NCBI GenBank assembly: GCA_963703225.1
Contig: OY969801.1
Coordinates: 2,432,001-2,496,000, forward strand
Direction: 5' to 3'
Origin: Candidatus Eiseniibacteriota bacterium
GTDB taxonomy: Bacteria; Eisenbacteria; RBG-16-71-46; SZUA-252
Length of the DNA: 64,000 nt
Shown here: in pieces, positions 1 to 10,926 of the stretch
Layout: the number at the start of each line of letters is the position of its first letter
How positions within the stretch are numbered: position 1 is the stretch's first letter
Translations under genes and position numbers: made by a program
The notes under the pieces: generated by a model
Seen by the model: the letters and a program-made list of their open reading frames with translations, nothing else
Databases searched by the model: none
What the model was told of the DNA's origin: nothing

Positions 1-1630
1 TACCCCGGAGCGTCAGCCGGTAGGGGCCGATCGCGAGCGATTCCCCTGCCTTGAGCGGTTGGTGGCTCTCCTTCTGGAACACGGATGAGCCGAGCACGCC
101 GACAAAGATCAGCACGACGCCCAGATGGACGATGTAGCCGCCGTACCGTCGCTTGTTCTTCTGGACCAGGTGGACCACCGCGAGCGGCGGGGCCGCCGGC
201 TCCACCTCCCGCCGCGCCTGGATCCCGCGGGCGAATTCCATGACGATCGCGGCGATCACAAACGCGGAGCCAAACACGCAGACGATGGGATAGACGCCGT
301 GGAGGCCGAACGGGATGCCGGTCAACGTTGCGAGGACCCCTACGAACGTAGGAATCAGAAAATTGCGCTTCATCACCGACGCGGTCGCGCGTTTCCAGGA
401 GAGCACCGGGCCAATCCCCGTGAGCATGAGGAGCGCGAGCGCGATCGGGACGTTCACGCGGTTGAAAAAGGGCGCCGAGACGGAGATCTTTTCCCCCGTG
501 ACGGCCTCGCTCAAGACCGGGAAGGTGGTGCCGAGGAACGTCGCGAACGCCAGCGCCACGAAGAGCACGTTGTTGAACAGGAAGGAGCCCTCGCGCGACA
601 CCACCGCGTCCATCCGGTTTTCGCTCTCGAGCAGCGCTTTTCGGTACAGAATCAGGGCCGTGGCGGTCGTGCTCGAGATCAGGATGAATCCCATGAACCA
701 TGGGCCGATATCGGATTCGGCGAACGAGTGGACCGACGTGAGCACCCCCGACCGGGTGAGAAAGGTGCCAAAGATCGAGAGCTCGAACGTGAGCACGATG
801 AGCGCTACGTTCCAGGTTTTGAGCATTCCCCGGCGCTGCTCGATCATGACCGAGTGGAGGAAGGCCGTGCCCACGAGCCAGGGCATGAGCGAGGCGTTCT
901 CCACCGGGTCCCAGCCCCAGTAGCCGCCCCATCCCAGCTCGATGTACGCCCACCGGGCGCCGAGCAGGATCCCAAAGCCCAAGAACATCCAGTTGAACAG
1001 GGTCCAGCGGCGCACTTCCTCAATCCACCGCGTTCCGGTGCGATTCATCAAGAGCACCGCGATGCCGAACGCGAAGGGGATGATGAAGCCGACATAGCCT
1101 GTGTAGAGAATCGGAGGGTGGATCATCATGCCCGGATCTTGAAGCAGCGGATTGAGCCCGTTCCCGTCGGCCGGCGGCGTGGCCAGGATCCGAAACGGAG
1201 AACTCACGAAGGTCAGAAGCCCGGTGAAGAAGATCATGACCGAGGCGACGACCATGGCGGCCGCGTCGTAGAACGGGTCGATCCGCTTTCGGTAGCACCA
1301 GAGGAAGACCGCGCCGTACGCGCTCAGGATCAAGAGCCAGAGCAAAAGCGATCCCTCCTGCCCGGCCCAGAGCGCGCCCATCGCGTAGGGGAGCGGCAGG
1401 TCGAGGCTGGTGTGCTCGGCCACGTAGCGGTAGGAGAAGTCGCGCGCGATCAGCGCCCTCTCGAGGATGATCGTGGCCAGCAGCGTCAGCGCGCAGACGA
1501 TCCAGACCGCGCGGCGGCCGCTTCGAAGCGGCCCGGCGAGGCCCGACCTCAGGCCCCAGGCGATGGAGATGACCGCGTAGCAGGAGCACGCAAACGCGAG
1601 AATGAGGGCGAGTCTTCCGATTTCGCTCAG
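1..1630 (-). CDS. ccmF: Cytochrome c heme lyase CcmF (3' end runs off the window)
   Basis: Not in the ORF track. Minus-strand translation from 1630 reads (L)SEIGRLALILAF...WAGQEGSLLLW...ARWAYIELGWGGYWGWDPVENASLMPW, the CcmF WWD signature. Probable CTG start overlapping the ccmE stop (CTGA). Confidence 0.95.
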   Translation of the reverse strand, partial: MSEIGRLALILAFACSCYAVISIAWGLRSGLAGPLRSGRRAVWIVCALTLLATIILERALIARDFSYRYVAEHTSLDLPLPYAMGALWAGQEGSLLLWLLILSAYGAVFLWCYRKRIDPFYDAAAMVVASVMIFFTGLLTFVSSPFRILATPPADGNGLNPLLQDPGMMIHPPILYTGYVGFIIPFAFGIAVLLMNRTGTRWIEEVRRWTLFNWMFLGFGILLGARWAYIELGWGGYWGWDPVENASLMPWLVGTAFLHSVMIEQRRGMLKTWNVALIVLTFELSIFGTFLTRSGVLTSVHSFAESDIGPWFMGFILISSTTATALILYRKALLESENRMDAVVSREGSFLFNNVLFVALAFATFLGTTFPVLSEAVTGEKISVSAPFFNRVNVPIALALLMLTGIGPVLSWKRATASVMKRNFLIPTFVGVLATLTGIPFGLHGVYPIVCVFGSAFVIAAIVMEFARGIQARREVEPAAPPLAVVHLVQKNKRRYGGYIVHLGVVLIFVGVLGSSVFQKESHQPLKAGESLAIGPYRLTLRG

Positions 1631-2040
1631 GAGCGGTCCTTCCCCAAACCCTCCGCCTCGTACTTGGAGGGGCACTTGGTCACGAGCTTCGAGGCCACGA
1701 GCGTTCTGTCCGCGTGGCGGTAGGTTCCTTCGACCACGACCTCTCGGCCCGCGGCGAACGCGTCGGGCATGAGCCCTTCGTAGACGACCCCGATGGCCTC
1801 CTTGCCGTCGGTCATCTTGAAGCTCAATCGGGGCTCGCGCTGGTCGTAGACGACGCTCCCGGGGGCGACCTTTCCGTCGAGGCGAAACCCTCCGGACTTG
1901 GGCGCCTGGCTCAAAGTGGCCAGCTCGGTCACGCTCATGTACTGGAGGCCCGTTTGTTTTACACCGGAGAGGATGAGATAGGTCACCGATCCCACGACGG
2001 CGAGCGTGACGAGGATCAGCCGTAATGACGTCCTATTCAT
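1627..2040 (-). CDS. ccmE: Heme chaperone CcmE, CxxxY variant
   Basis: N-terminal TM anchor, Y.G..PD.F..GREVVVEG motif, C-terminal KCPSKY; directly upstream of ccmF. Confidence 0.93.
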   Translation of the reverse strand: MNRTSLRLILVTLAVVGSVTYLILSGVKQTGLQYMSVTELATLSQAPKSGGFRLDGKVAPGSVVYDQREPRLSFKMTDGKEAIGVVYEGLMPDAFAAGREVVVEGTYRHADRTLVASKLVTKCPSKYEAEGLGKDRS

Positions 2041-2166
2041 GGATTAGCCCGCGGTCGATGGAGGGGGGAAGAAAGAGGCGCATTGGCTCAATTGTGGCAG
2101 AGGAACGCGCCCAGTCAAGCCAAGACGGTCGCCGCCAAAATTTCTGGGGATCCGCCTCGACCGCTT

Positions 2167-2841
2167 CTACACGACGACGCGCCTCGGTTTGATCAGGCGC
2201 ACGAACGCGAGGCCTGCCACGAATCCGCCCACGTGGGCCCACCACGCCACACCGCCCCCTGCCGCGCCGAGCGTGACAAACCCGCTCACCGCCTGGAGGA
2301 GAAACCAAACGCCGAGCATCACCCACGCGGGCAGCTCCACCAGCCGGAAGATGAACCCGAGCGGCACGAGCGTGAGAACGCGCGCTCCCGGGAAGAGGGC
2401 GGCGTACGCCCCGAGCACTCCGGCGATCGCGCCGCTCGCCCCAATCGTGGGAAGCGTGGACGTGGGCGAGAGCGCGTAGTGCGTCGCGCCCGCCGCAAGC
2501 CCGCAGAAGAGGTAGAACCCCAGGAATCGGAACGAACCCAAGGTGTCCTCGACATTGTCGCCGAAGATCCAGAGGAACCACATGTTGCCGATCAGGTGGA
2601 GCCACCCACCGTGGAGGAACATCGACGTGAAGAACGGCACGATCGCGGCTCCCCATCCGATCGTCCCGGTCTCGATCCCGTAGGTGATGTTTCCGGGAAC
2701 GAGCGCGAAGGAATTGAAGACGCGGTCGATTCTCGCGCCGGCCGCGAGCTCGAGAAGGAAGGCACACAGGCAGGCGACGATGATCGTCACCGTGGCCGCT
2801 GGAAACGTTCCCGAGGGATTGTGGTCGCGGATCGGGATCAT
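2167..2841 (-). CDS. Rhomboid family intramembrane serine protease
   Basis: MIPIRD start, FLHGGWLHLIGNM, GASGAIAG catalytic Ser, AHVGG catalytic His. Confidence 0.95.
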   Translation of the reverse strand: MIPIRDHNPSGTFPAATVTIIVACLCAFLLELAAGARIDRVFNSFALVPGNITYGIETGTIGWGAAIVPFFTSMFLHGGWLHLIGNMWFLWIFGDNVEDTLGSFRFLGFYLFCGLAAGATHYALSPTSTLPTIGASGAIAGVLGAYAALFPGARVLTLVPLGFIFRLVELPAWVMLGVWFLLQAVSGFVTLGAAGGGVAWWAHVGGFVAGLAFVRLIKPRRVVV

Positions 2842-2865
2842 TCGGTTTCGCCTACGAGTTCGGGA

Positions 2866-3516
2866 TCAGGGCTCCATCGTGACGAGCCGCCCATAGAATC
2901 GGCCGATCGCAGCGCCCGCCACCACGTCCGAGAACCAATGGTGGTCGCCGATGACGCGGGAAGACGCCACGAACAGGGCCGCGCCGTACCCGATCCAGCC
3001 CGCGATCCCACCGTAGCGGCGGTCGATGACGGTCGCGACGGCGAACGTATTCGCCGAGTGCCCCGATGGAAACGAGCGGTCGTCGGACCCATCGGGTCGC
3101 TCTCGATGGGTGGCATACTTGAGGGTCGCGACGGTGGCGCTGGTCGCGGCCAGCGCCAGCGCGAGGTCCTTGGCCAGCCCCAGCTTCCCCTCGTCATGCC
3201 CAACCCAACCGTCGAGGGCGATCACGGCCGTGCCCCCGCCGAGGACCCAAGCGCTGCCGAGCGCGTTGCCAGCCTTGTCGACAAAGGTGCCCTGGCCGGA
3301 GCCGGGCTCGATCGTGTCATCGAGGAGGAACCCCACGCCGATCGCCGCACCCGAAATCGCGGCCTCCCGGAGAACGGTCGAGTGGCGCGAGGATGCGGCG
3401 GAGTCGGTGAGAAGCAGGGTGGGTTCGGTCGGCGCTGGCTCGGTGGGTTGAGCGCCGGCTGGCGAGGCGATGCAGAAAATGGCGGCGATCCCCGCGGCGA
3501 CGACTCGGAGGCGCAT
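2866..3516 (-). CDS. PAP2 family phosphatase with signal peptide
   Basis: K.....RERP, SFPSGH and SRV....H...DV..G motifs. Confidence 0.9.
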   Translation of the reverse strand: MRLRVVAAGIAAIFCIASPAGAQPTEPAPTEPTLLLTDSAASSRHSTVLREAAISGAAIGVGFLLDDTIEPGSGQGTFVDKAGNALGSAWVLGGGTAVIALDGWVGHDEGKLGLAKDLALALAATSATVATLKYATHRERPDGSDDRSFPSGHSANTFAVATVIDRRYGGIAGWIGYGAALFVASSRVIGDHHWFSDVVAGAAIGRFYGRLVTMEP

Positions 3517-3531
3517 GCCGGGGAGGATACG

Positions 3532-4191
3532 CTATGGGTTTCGCGTCACAAAGCGGCCGATAAGCCGCCCGATAATGGCGCCGGCGATGACGTCGGAGAG
3601 GTAATGGTGATCGTCCGCGACCCGCGCCTCGGAGGCGAATGCCGCCGCGGTGTAGGCGATCCATCCCGCTGCGCCGCCATAGCGGCGGTCGATGACCGTG
3701 GCAGCCGCGAAGGTGACCGCCGCGTGGCCGGAGGGAAACGAATAGTGGTTCGAGCCGTCCGGCCGCTCCCGCTGTGTCACGAGCTTGATCGACCACCCCA
3801 CCAGAGTGCTCGCGCCCATCGCGATGCCAAGCTCCTTCGCCGTCTGGAGGGACTTGGGGCGGTCATACGCCACGCCATCCACGGCCAGAGCCGCCGTCCC
3901 GCCCAGCAGAAATGGCGCCGCGCCGAACACCTCCCCGGGCACCTCCACGAGCGTTCCTGGCGCCTTGTCGGGTACCCCGTCGGGATAGACCCCCTGCACG
4001 GAGCTATCGAGGGCGAATCCAGCTCCCACCAGGGCCGCGGAGATCAAGATTTCTCGGACGACCTTGGAGGGCAGTGCGCTCGACTCGGCCGGATGAAACG
4101 CGGCGAGCGAGATCGCAAGCATCGGCGCCAGAACGTGTCGCGGAATCCGCACGAGAGGATTTACACCGATACCGCCCCGGCTCGCCACCAT
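3532..4191 (-). CDS. PAP2 family phosphatase, tandem paralog (true start may lie downstream)
   Basis: KLVTQRERP, SFPSGH, ARVADDHHYLSDV; similar to the neighbouring gene. Confidence 0.88.
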   Translation of the reverse strand: MVASRGGIGVNPLVRIPRHVLAPMLAISLAAFHPAESSALPSKVVREILISAALVGAGFALDSSVQGVYPDGVPDKAPGTLVEVPGEVFGAAPFLLGGTAALAVDGVAYDRPKSLQTAKELGIAMGASTLVGWSIKLVTQRERPDGSNHYSFPSGHAAVTFAAATVIDRRYGGAAGWIAYTAAAFASEARVADDHHYLSDVIAGAIIGRLIGRFVTRNP

Positions 4192-4232
4192 TATTCGCTC
4201 CCGCTCCCGGGTTGGCGTATCCTCTCGCGCTC

Positions 4233-5321
4233 ATGGGCAAAGCCAGGCCAGCGTCCCGCTTCCGGCCCCTCGCCGCGCTCGCCGAATCGGCGATCTCCTC
4301 CGGGCTGATCCCCGGCATGGTGCTCGCGGTCGGGCGCCCCGACCGGGCGGTCTTTCTCGAGGCATTCGGGCACCGCGCTCGGGAGCCCCGCCGGGAGCCG
4401 ACGACCCGGAAAACGATCTTCGACCTCGCCTCGCTGACCAAGGTGATGGTGACCGCGCCGCTCACCGTGGAGCGCGCGGTGCGGGGCGAGATCTCCCTGC
4501 TCGAACCGGTCGCGAAGTACCTCACCGAGACGGAGGGAACGGCGATCGGCTCGATCCCGCTCCACCTGCTCCTCACCCACACGGCGGGATTTCAGGCCGA
4601 CAACCCGATCGAGGACTACGCGGGTGGAAAGGGCGATCTGCTCGCCGCCATCGCGCGGGAGCCGCTCGCAGCGCCGCCCGGCGCCCGGTTTGTCTACAGC
4701 GACGTCGGCTACGTCGTCTTGCAGATGATCCTCGAGAGAAGGTCCCATCGCCGGTTGGACCGGATCGTCGAAGACGGCCTCTTCACTCCGCTCCGGTTTC
4801 GAGACACGCGATTCGGGGTCCGGCCGGCGGACGTCAAGCGGACGGCGCCGACGGAGCGCGCGCGGGGCCGGTGGCTTCGCGGGCGGGTTCACGACCCCCG
4901 GGCCCGCTCCAAGGCCCTCGCGGGCGTCGGCGGGCACGCGGGGATCTTCGGCACCGCGGAGGAAGTGGCCCGATTCTGCGAGCTGATCCTGAACCGGGGG
5001 CGCTTCCGGGGCCGCACCATCCTCTCCGAGGAGACGGTCCGCGCGATGACCACCAATCAGTGCGGGGGGAACGTCGGCGTTCGGCGCGGCTTTGGATTCG
5101 ACATCGAGAGCCCCTACTCGGCCCCACGCGGCCGCCACTTCTCGCGCAATTCCTTCGGGCACACGGGGTGGACCGGAGTCTCCCTCTGGATCGACCCCGA
5201 GTCCAATGCCTACGTCGTGCTATTGACGAACGCGATACACCCCGACGGGCACAAAGATCTCAAAGCCTTCCGGTACGAGGCCGCGACGCTGGCGGCCGAG
5301 GGATTGGGAATCCGGACCTAG
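4233..5321 (+). CDS. Serine hydrolase, beta-lactamase/AmpC-like family
   Basis: SxxK (ASLTK), LLTHTAG, YSD, GHTG motifs; ATG at 4233 within ORF 3912..5321. Confidence 0.9.
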   Translation: MGKARPASRFRPLAALAESAISSGLIPGMVLAVGRPDRAVFLEAFGHRAREPRREPTTRKTIFDLASLTKVMVTAPLTVERAVRGEISLLEPVAKYLTETEGTAIGSIPLHLLLTHTAGFQADNPIEDYAGGKGDLLAAIAREPLAAPPGARFVYSDVGYVVLQMILERRSHRRLDRIVEDGLFTPLRFRDTRFGVRPADVKRTAPTERARGRWLRGRVHDPRARSKALAGVGGHAGIFGTAEEVARFCELILNRGRFRGRTILSEETVRAMTTNQCGGNVGVRRGFGFDIESPYSAPRGRHFSRNSFGHTGWTGVSLWIDPESNAYVVLLTNAIHPDGHKDLKAFRYEAATLAAEGLGIRT

Positions 5322-5415
5322 CAGGGAGGCCGGCTCGGCGGGCTCCGATTCGCCGGATGCCCCCTGGAGAGGCAGAGGCCATGCGGCTTTCATGCGCCCC
5401 CTTCCATGGGGGAGA

Positions 5416-5991
5416 TCAGTACTTGTACTTGGGCTCCCAGTCGTTCACGCCGTCGGAGAGCAGCGCGAAGAGGTGCCAAATCCCGCTGAAGGGGTCAAAT
5501 GGCCCGAAGGGCGCCTTGGCAATGCGGTGGATCTTGCCGTCGGCTGCCCGGTGAAACGTCGAGACCCCCGGCATCCAGCCCTTCTCGCCGCGGAACCCCA
5601 TGTCCTCGATGAAGCTCGATCCGTGCCCCGAGACCATCGTGAATTTCCAGCCCCGTGACTCGCCGAATTGTTTCTGGGTCTCTGCCGAGTCGGGGGAGCA
5701 AACCACGAAGGCCGCGCGACTCTCGAGATGCGGGACGACCCCATTGAACCCATCGGCCCAGAGCGTGCAGTAGCGGCAACCCTTCCCCATGTTGTGGATG
5801 ACCACGAGGTCGGTCTTGTCGCCGAAGAGCTGGGAGAGCTTCACCGGCCCATCGGCCCCCGCGAGTGTGTAGTCATCAACCTGCTCCTTAGGGAGCTGAC
5901 GCTTTAGCTCCGCCAATTTTTCCTGCTGCGTCACGAGATATTCTTCAAGGCGCTCGATTTCGGAAACGACGTCGGTGCTGCTCGGATTCAT
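5416..5991 (-). CDS. DUF899 family thioredoxin-like protein
   Basis: Coiled-coil N-terminus, LSQLFGDK, GCRYCTLWADG CxxC; GGAGG upstream of ATG 5991. Confidence 0.85.
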   Translation of the reverse strand: MNPSSTDVVSEIERLEEYLVTQQEKLAELKRQLPKEQVDDYTLAGADGPVKLSQLFGDKTDLVVIHNMGKGCRYCTLWADGFNGVVPHLESRAAFVVCSPDSAETQKQFGESRGWKFTMVSGHGSSFIEDMGFRGEKGWMPGVSTFHRAADGKIHRIAKAPFGPFDPFSGIWHLFALLSDGVNDWEPKYKY

Positions 5992-6197
5992 GAGATCCTC
6001 CAACCACCGAGGTGATTCGCTGCGTCGGCAGGGCGAGGTGCGGGTCCGATGAGTCTAGTCTCCTGGGCGCGCGGCGCAATCGGAATCGGCCCTCGTCCAG
6101 GGGCCAACGCCGCGGCGTTATACTCCGTCGAGTTCGGGGCCCGGTGCCCCGCTATCCCCCCATCGGGAGAAGAGTTGTGAGGAGAGGCCCCAGCCAG

Positions 6198-7214
6198 GTG
6201 TGGAGAGACGCGGTTGGTCGAGCAATCGCTGTCACGCTGGTGGCGGCGGCGGGCGGGAGTTTGCTTGCCGCGAAGGCCGCGCCCGCCCCCACGTTTGAGT
6301 CCCACTGGCAGGACGGAAAGGCCGAGCTGGACGGGTACCGCTACACCGTCACGCGGTACGGCCAGCCCAGGCGGGGCACCGCGGTGATGGTCTTCGTGAC
6401 CGAGCCATTCAGCGAATCGAAGCGGGTCAAGGCCGACGACCCCAACGCGAACCCGGCCGACACCTTTGAGGCCCTCAAGCTCAATTTCATCCGCGATTTC
6501 CAGACCGGGATCTACGACTACAACACCATGGTCTCGCTCTTCGTGCGCACCCGGGACTTCTCCCCCGTGAAGATTTCGTTCTCGAGCGCGGAATGGTGCG
6601 GCCATGTCTACGAGGAGATGCTATTTGGAGCCCGCCAGATCGCGGACCGCTACGTCAGCTACTTCGAAGATGAATCCGCCAACCGTCAGCTCGATCTAAG
6701 GGAGAAAGGACTCGCGGAGGAGGAGCTTTTCGTGCGGCTGCGCGGGCTTCGGGGTGAGTGGCTTCGGCCAGGCGAGAGCGAGGGAATCTCGCTCCTGCCG
6801 TCGGCCTTCTATCGTCGACTCACCCATTCGCCCCTGGACTGGGAGCAGGCCACCGTCGAGCGGAGGGCGGGGCCTGAGAGGGCGACCGTTCCGGCTGGAA
6901 CATTCGAGGCGAGTGTCTACACCGTCAAGGTCTTGGGAGTGCGCGAGGGCCGCTTCTGGGTCGAGCAGGCCTATCCGCATCGCGTCGTACGGTGGGAATG
7001 GAAGACGATGACGCGACCCACGGGAGGGTCGCGTGGGCATTGGAGCCCTTCGGAAGCTCTCGACGCCGGGGAGTTGACCGGGAGCGCGCGCCTCGCCTAC
7101 TGGCAGCTCCACAAATTGGGCGACGAGAAATATCTACGCGATCTAGGACTCACGTCCGGACCGGGGGGCGCGAAGGCGCCCACCGGCGTCCCCCAAGCGG
7201 GAGAGCGAAAATGA
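6198..7214 (+). CDS. Conserved hypothetical exported protein
   Basis: Signal peptide, then W.DGKAEL, FVTEPFS, TGIYDY, EWCG. GTG start at 6198 is inferred; the stop overlaps the next start (ATGA). Confidence 0.7.
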   Translation: MWRDAVGRAIAVTLVAAAGGSLLAAKAAPAPTFESHWQDGKAELDGYRYTVTRYGQPRRGTAVMVFVTEPFSESKRVKADDPNANPADTFEALKLNFIRDFQTGIYDYNTMVSLFVRTRDFSPVKISFSSAEWCGHVYEEMLFGARQIADRYVSYFEDESANRQLDLREKGLAEEELFVRLRGLRGEWLRPGESEGISLLPSAFYRRLTHSPLDWEQATVERRAGPERATVPAGTFEASVYTVKVLGVREGRFWVEQAYPHRVVRWEWKTMTRPTGGSRGHWSPSEALDAGELTGSARLAYWQLHKLGDEKYLRDLGLTSGPGGAKAPTGVPQAGERK

Positions 7215-7741
7215 ACGTCGGGCGATGGGTCGAGAGGAAGTTCGAGTTCACGATGCCGGTCGCGCGGTTCCCTGTGGTGCTGGAGCGGCTCCGAGGGGCG
7301 CCGGCGAGGATGGAGTCAAAGCTCTTGGCACTCCCGCCGGAGATCCGAACCCGCCGCGATGGGGACCATTGGTCGATCCAGGAGCACGCCGGGCATCTCA
7401 TCGACCTCGACGAGCTGCACAGCGGCCGGCTGGACGACTTTCTCGCGGGAGCGAAAGAGCTGCGATCGTGGGACGTGACGAACCGAAGGACGTATGAGGC
7501 CGACTACAACGCGCGCCCGGCGGCCGAAATCCTCAAGACCTTCCGGGAGGACCGCGGTCGATTCGTCGAGCGCCTCGACCGCTGGAAGGACGAGGACATC
7601 GCCCGAACCGCGATCCATCCGCGGCTCAAGCAGCCGATGCGCGTCATCGACATGGCCTACTTCGTCGCCGAGCACGACGACCATCACTTCGCGGTCATGA
7701 CCGAGCTGGCCAAGAAGCTCGCCGCCAAGGTGACGGCGTAA
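7211..7741 (+). CDS. DinB family protein (putative metal-dependent)
   Basis: [10 protein letters not shown] and EHDDHH His motifs. Confidence 0.85.
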   Translation: MNVGRWVERKFEFTMPVARFPVVLERLRGAPARMESKLLALPPEIRTRRDGDHWSIQEHAGHLIDLDELHSGRLDDFLAGAKELRSWDVTNRRTYEADYNARPAAEILKTFREDRGRFVERLDRWKDEDIARTAIHPRLKQPMRVIDMAYFVAEHDDHHFAVMTELAKKLAAKVTA

Positions 7742-7753
7742 CGCGTCCGCCGT

Positions 7754-9127
<1,374 letters not shown>

Positions 9128-9134
9128 GGGGGGG

Positions 9135-10799
9135 TTACCTCCGATTGCCAGGGGAATGGGAGCCATCCTTGGCCGCGTCGTTTGTAGCGTCGAGCAATGG
9201 ATATGCCGGGAGCGTCAGAAACTCTTCGAGCGTCTCGCTGATGGAGAGCCGTTCGAACAGGGTCCTCGCGTCCTGGAACCGGCCGGTCCGGAACCGCTCG
9301 GCGCCGACTTCCGATTCGATGCGCTTCATCTCGTCATCGGTCGCCCGCCGGAGCAGATCGGCATCGATCTTCCGGCCGTCCTCGAGTGTCGCGCCGTGCC
9401 GGATCCACTGCCAAATCTGTGACCGCGAAATTTCGGCGGTGGCCGCGTCCTCCATCAGGTTGTAGAGCGGCACGCATCCATTTCCGCGGAGCCAGGCCTC
9501 GATGTACTGGATGCCGACCCGCACGTTGAGCCGGAGCCCTTCCTCGGTTCGCGTCCCGCGCGGCAGCTCCAACAGGTCGGCGGCGGTGACGTGCACGTCT
9601 TCGCGGCGCCGCTCGATCTGGTTTGGCCCTGGCATGACGGCCTCGAAGACTTCCCTCGCGACGGCGACAAGCCCCGGGTGGGCCACCCAGGTCCCGTCAT
9701 GCCCGTCCATCACCTCGCGCAGCTTGTCCGCGCGCACCTTCTCGAGCGCGCGGCGGCTTAGGTCCGGATCGTTCTTGATGGGGATCTGCGCGGCCATTCC
9801 GCCCATGGCGTGAACGCCGCGGCGGTGGCAGGTCCGCACGCACAGCTGCGTGTAGTTGCGCAGGAACGGCTGCTCCATCGTGACCTGGGAGCGGTCGGGA
9901 AGAATCGCCAGCGGGTCGTGGCGGCGGGTCTTGATGAAGGAAAAGATGTAATCCCAGCGGCCGCAGTTGAGCCCCGCCGAGTGCTCTCTCAACTCGTAGA
10001 GGATCTCGTCCATCTTGAAGGCAGCCGGCAGGGTCTCGATCAGCACGGTCGCCTTGATCGTGCCCCGCGGAATTCCCAGCGCGTCCTGGGCCCACACGAA
10101 CACGTCATTCCAATACCGGGCCTCTCGGTGGCTCTGGAGCTTGGGCAGATAGAAGTATGGGCCGGTGCCGCGCTCCATCAGCGCTCGCGCGTTGTGGAAG
10201 AAGTAAAGGCCGAAGTCGAAGAGGCACCCCGGCACCGGCAATCCGTCGACGAGGAGGTGACGCTCGGGTAGGTGAAGGCCGCGGGGCCGGACGAGGAGCG
10301 TCGCCGTTACCTCGTTCAGCTTGTATTCCTTGCCGCTCGTGGGATCGGTGTACGAAATGGCTCGCCGCACCGCGTCGTAGAGGTTGACCTGCCCCTGGAC
10401 GTTGTTGTCCCACGTCGGTGAATTCGAATCCTCGAAATCGGCCATGAAGCAGTTCGCGCCGGAATTGAGCGCGTTGATGACCATCTTTCGCTCCACGGGG
10501 CCGGTGATCTCGACGGTGCGACGGAGGAGGTCACGCGGTACCGGCGCGACGATCCACGCGCCATCCCGGACAGCCGCGGTCTCTGGCATGAAGTCGAGGG
10601 TCGCGCCCGCTTCCAGCTGCGCTTGGCGCTCCGCGCGGCCTTGGAGCAGCTCTTCCAGTCCGGGGCGAAAACGCCGCACAAGGTCCGCCAGAAATGCGAG
10701 CGCATCGGGCGACAAGATTCTCTCGTAGCCCGGGCGGAGAGCCCCCCGAACTTCGGTCCGGGAAGCGGTCATCGACTCTGTATTGGCTGGCGTTGACAT
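9135..10799 (-). CDS. aceB: Malate synthase A
   Basis: [46 protein letters not shown]. Confidence 0.97.
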   Translation of the reverse strand: MSTPANTESMTASRTEVRGALRPGYERILSPDALAFLADLVRRFRPGLEELLQGRAERQAQLEAGATLDFMPETAAVRDGAWIVAPVPRDLLRRTVEITGPVERKMVINALNSGANCFMADFEDSNSPTWDNNVQGQVNLYDAVRRAISYTDPTSGKEYKLNEVTATLLVRPRGLHLPERHLLVDGLPVPGCLFDFGLYFFHNARALMERGTGPYFYLPKLQSHREARYWNDVFVWAQDALGIPRGTIKATVLIETLPAAFKMDEILYELREHSAGLNCGRWDYIFSFIKTRRHDPLAILPDRSQVTMEQPFLRNYTQLCVRTCHRRGVHAMGGMAAQIPIKNDPDLSRRALEKVRADKLREVMDGHDGTWVAHPGLVAVAREVFEAVMPGPNQIERRREDVHVTAADLLELPRGTRTEEGLRLNVRVGIQYIEAWLRGNGCVPLYNLMEDAATAEISRSQIWQWIRHGATLEDGRKIDADLLRRATDDEMKRIESEVGAERFRTGRFQDARTLFERLSISETLEEFLTLPAYPLLDATNDAAKDGSHSPGNRR

Positions 10800-10926
10800 C
10801 GTTCAACAGTATGACAGAATCAGCCCAGAACAACAACTAATTTCATGTATTACAATAAGTTACAAACATTAACTAACTTGCTGTATTGATTGTAATATTG
10901 CAAATGCTGTAAACTTGTTGGTGGAT
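10800..10926. promoter_or_regulatory. AT-rich divergent promoter region (aceBA / regulator) with repeated TTGCAA/TTGTAA-like boxes
   Basis: Minus strand: TTGTTG(10836-10831)-17 bp-CATACT(10813-10808) with extended TG. Plus strand: TTGATT(10886)-18 bp-TAAACT(10910). Several TTACAA/TTGTAA/TTGCAA hexamers lie between them. Confidence 0.7.

Noticed and set aside
125..1723. 532-aa plus-strand ORF
   Set aside because: Antisense shadow of ccmF; Arg/His-rich with no motifs, typical of high-GC DNA.
2083..4308. 741-aa plus-strand ORF, and similar long ORFs such as 17316..19505, 35418..36971, 48958..50514 and 59776..61947
   Set aside because: They lie opposite well-supported genes and have shadow-frame composition.
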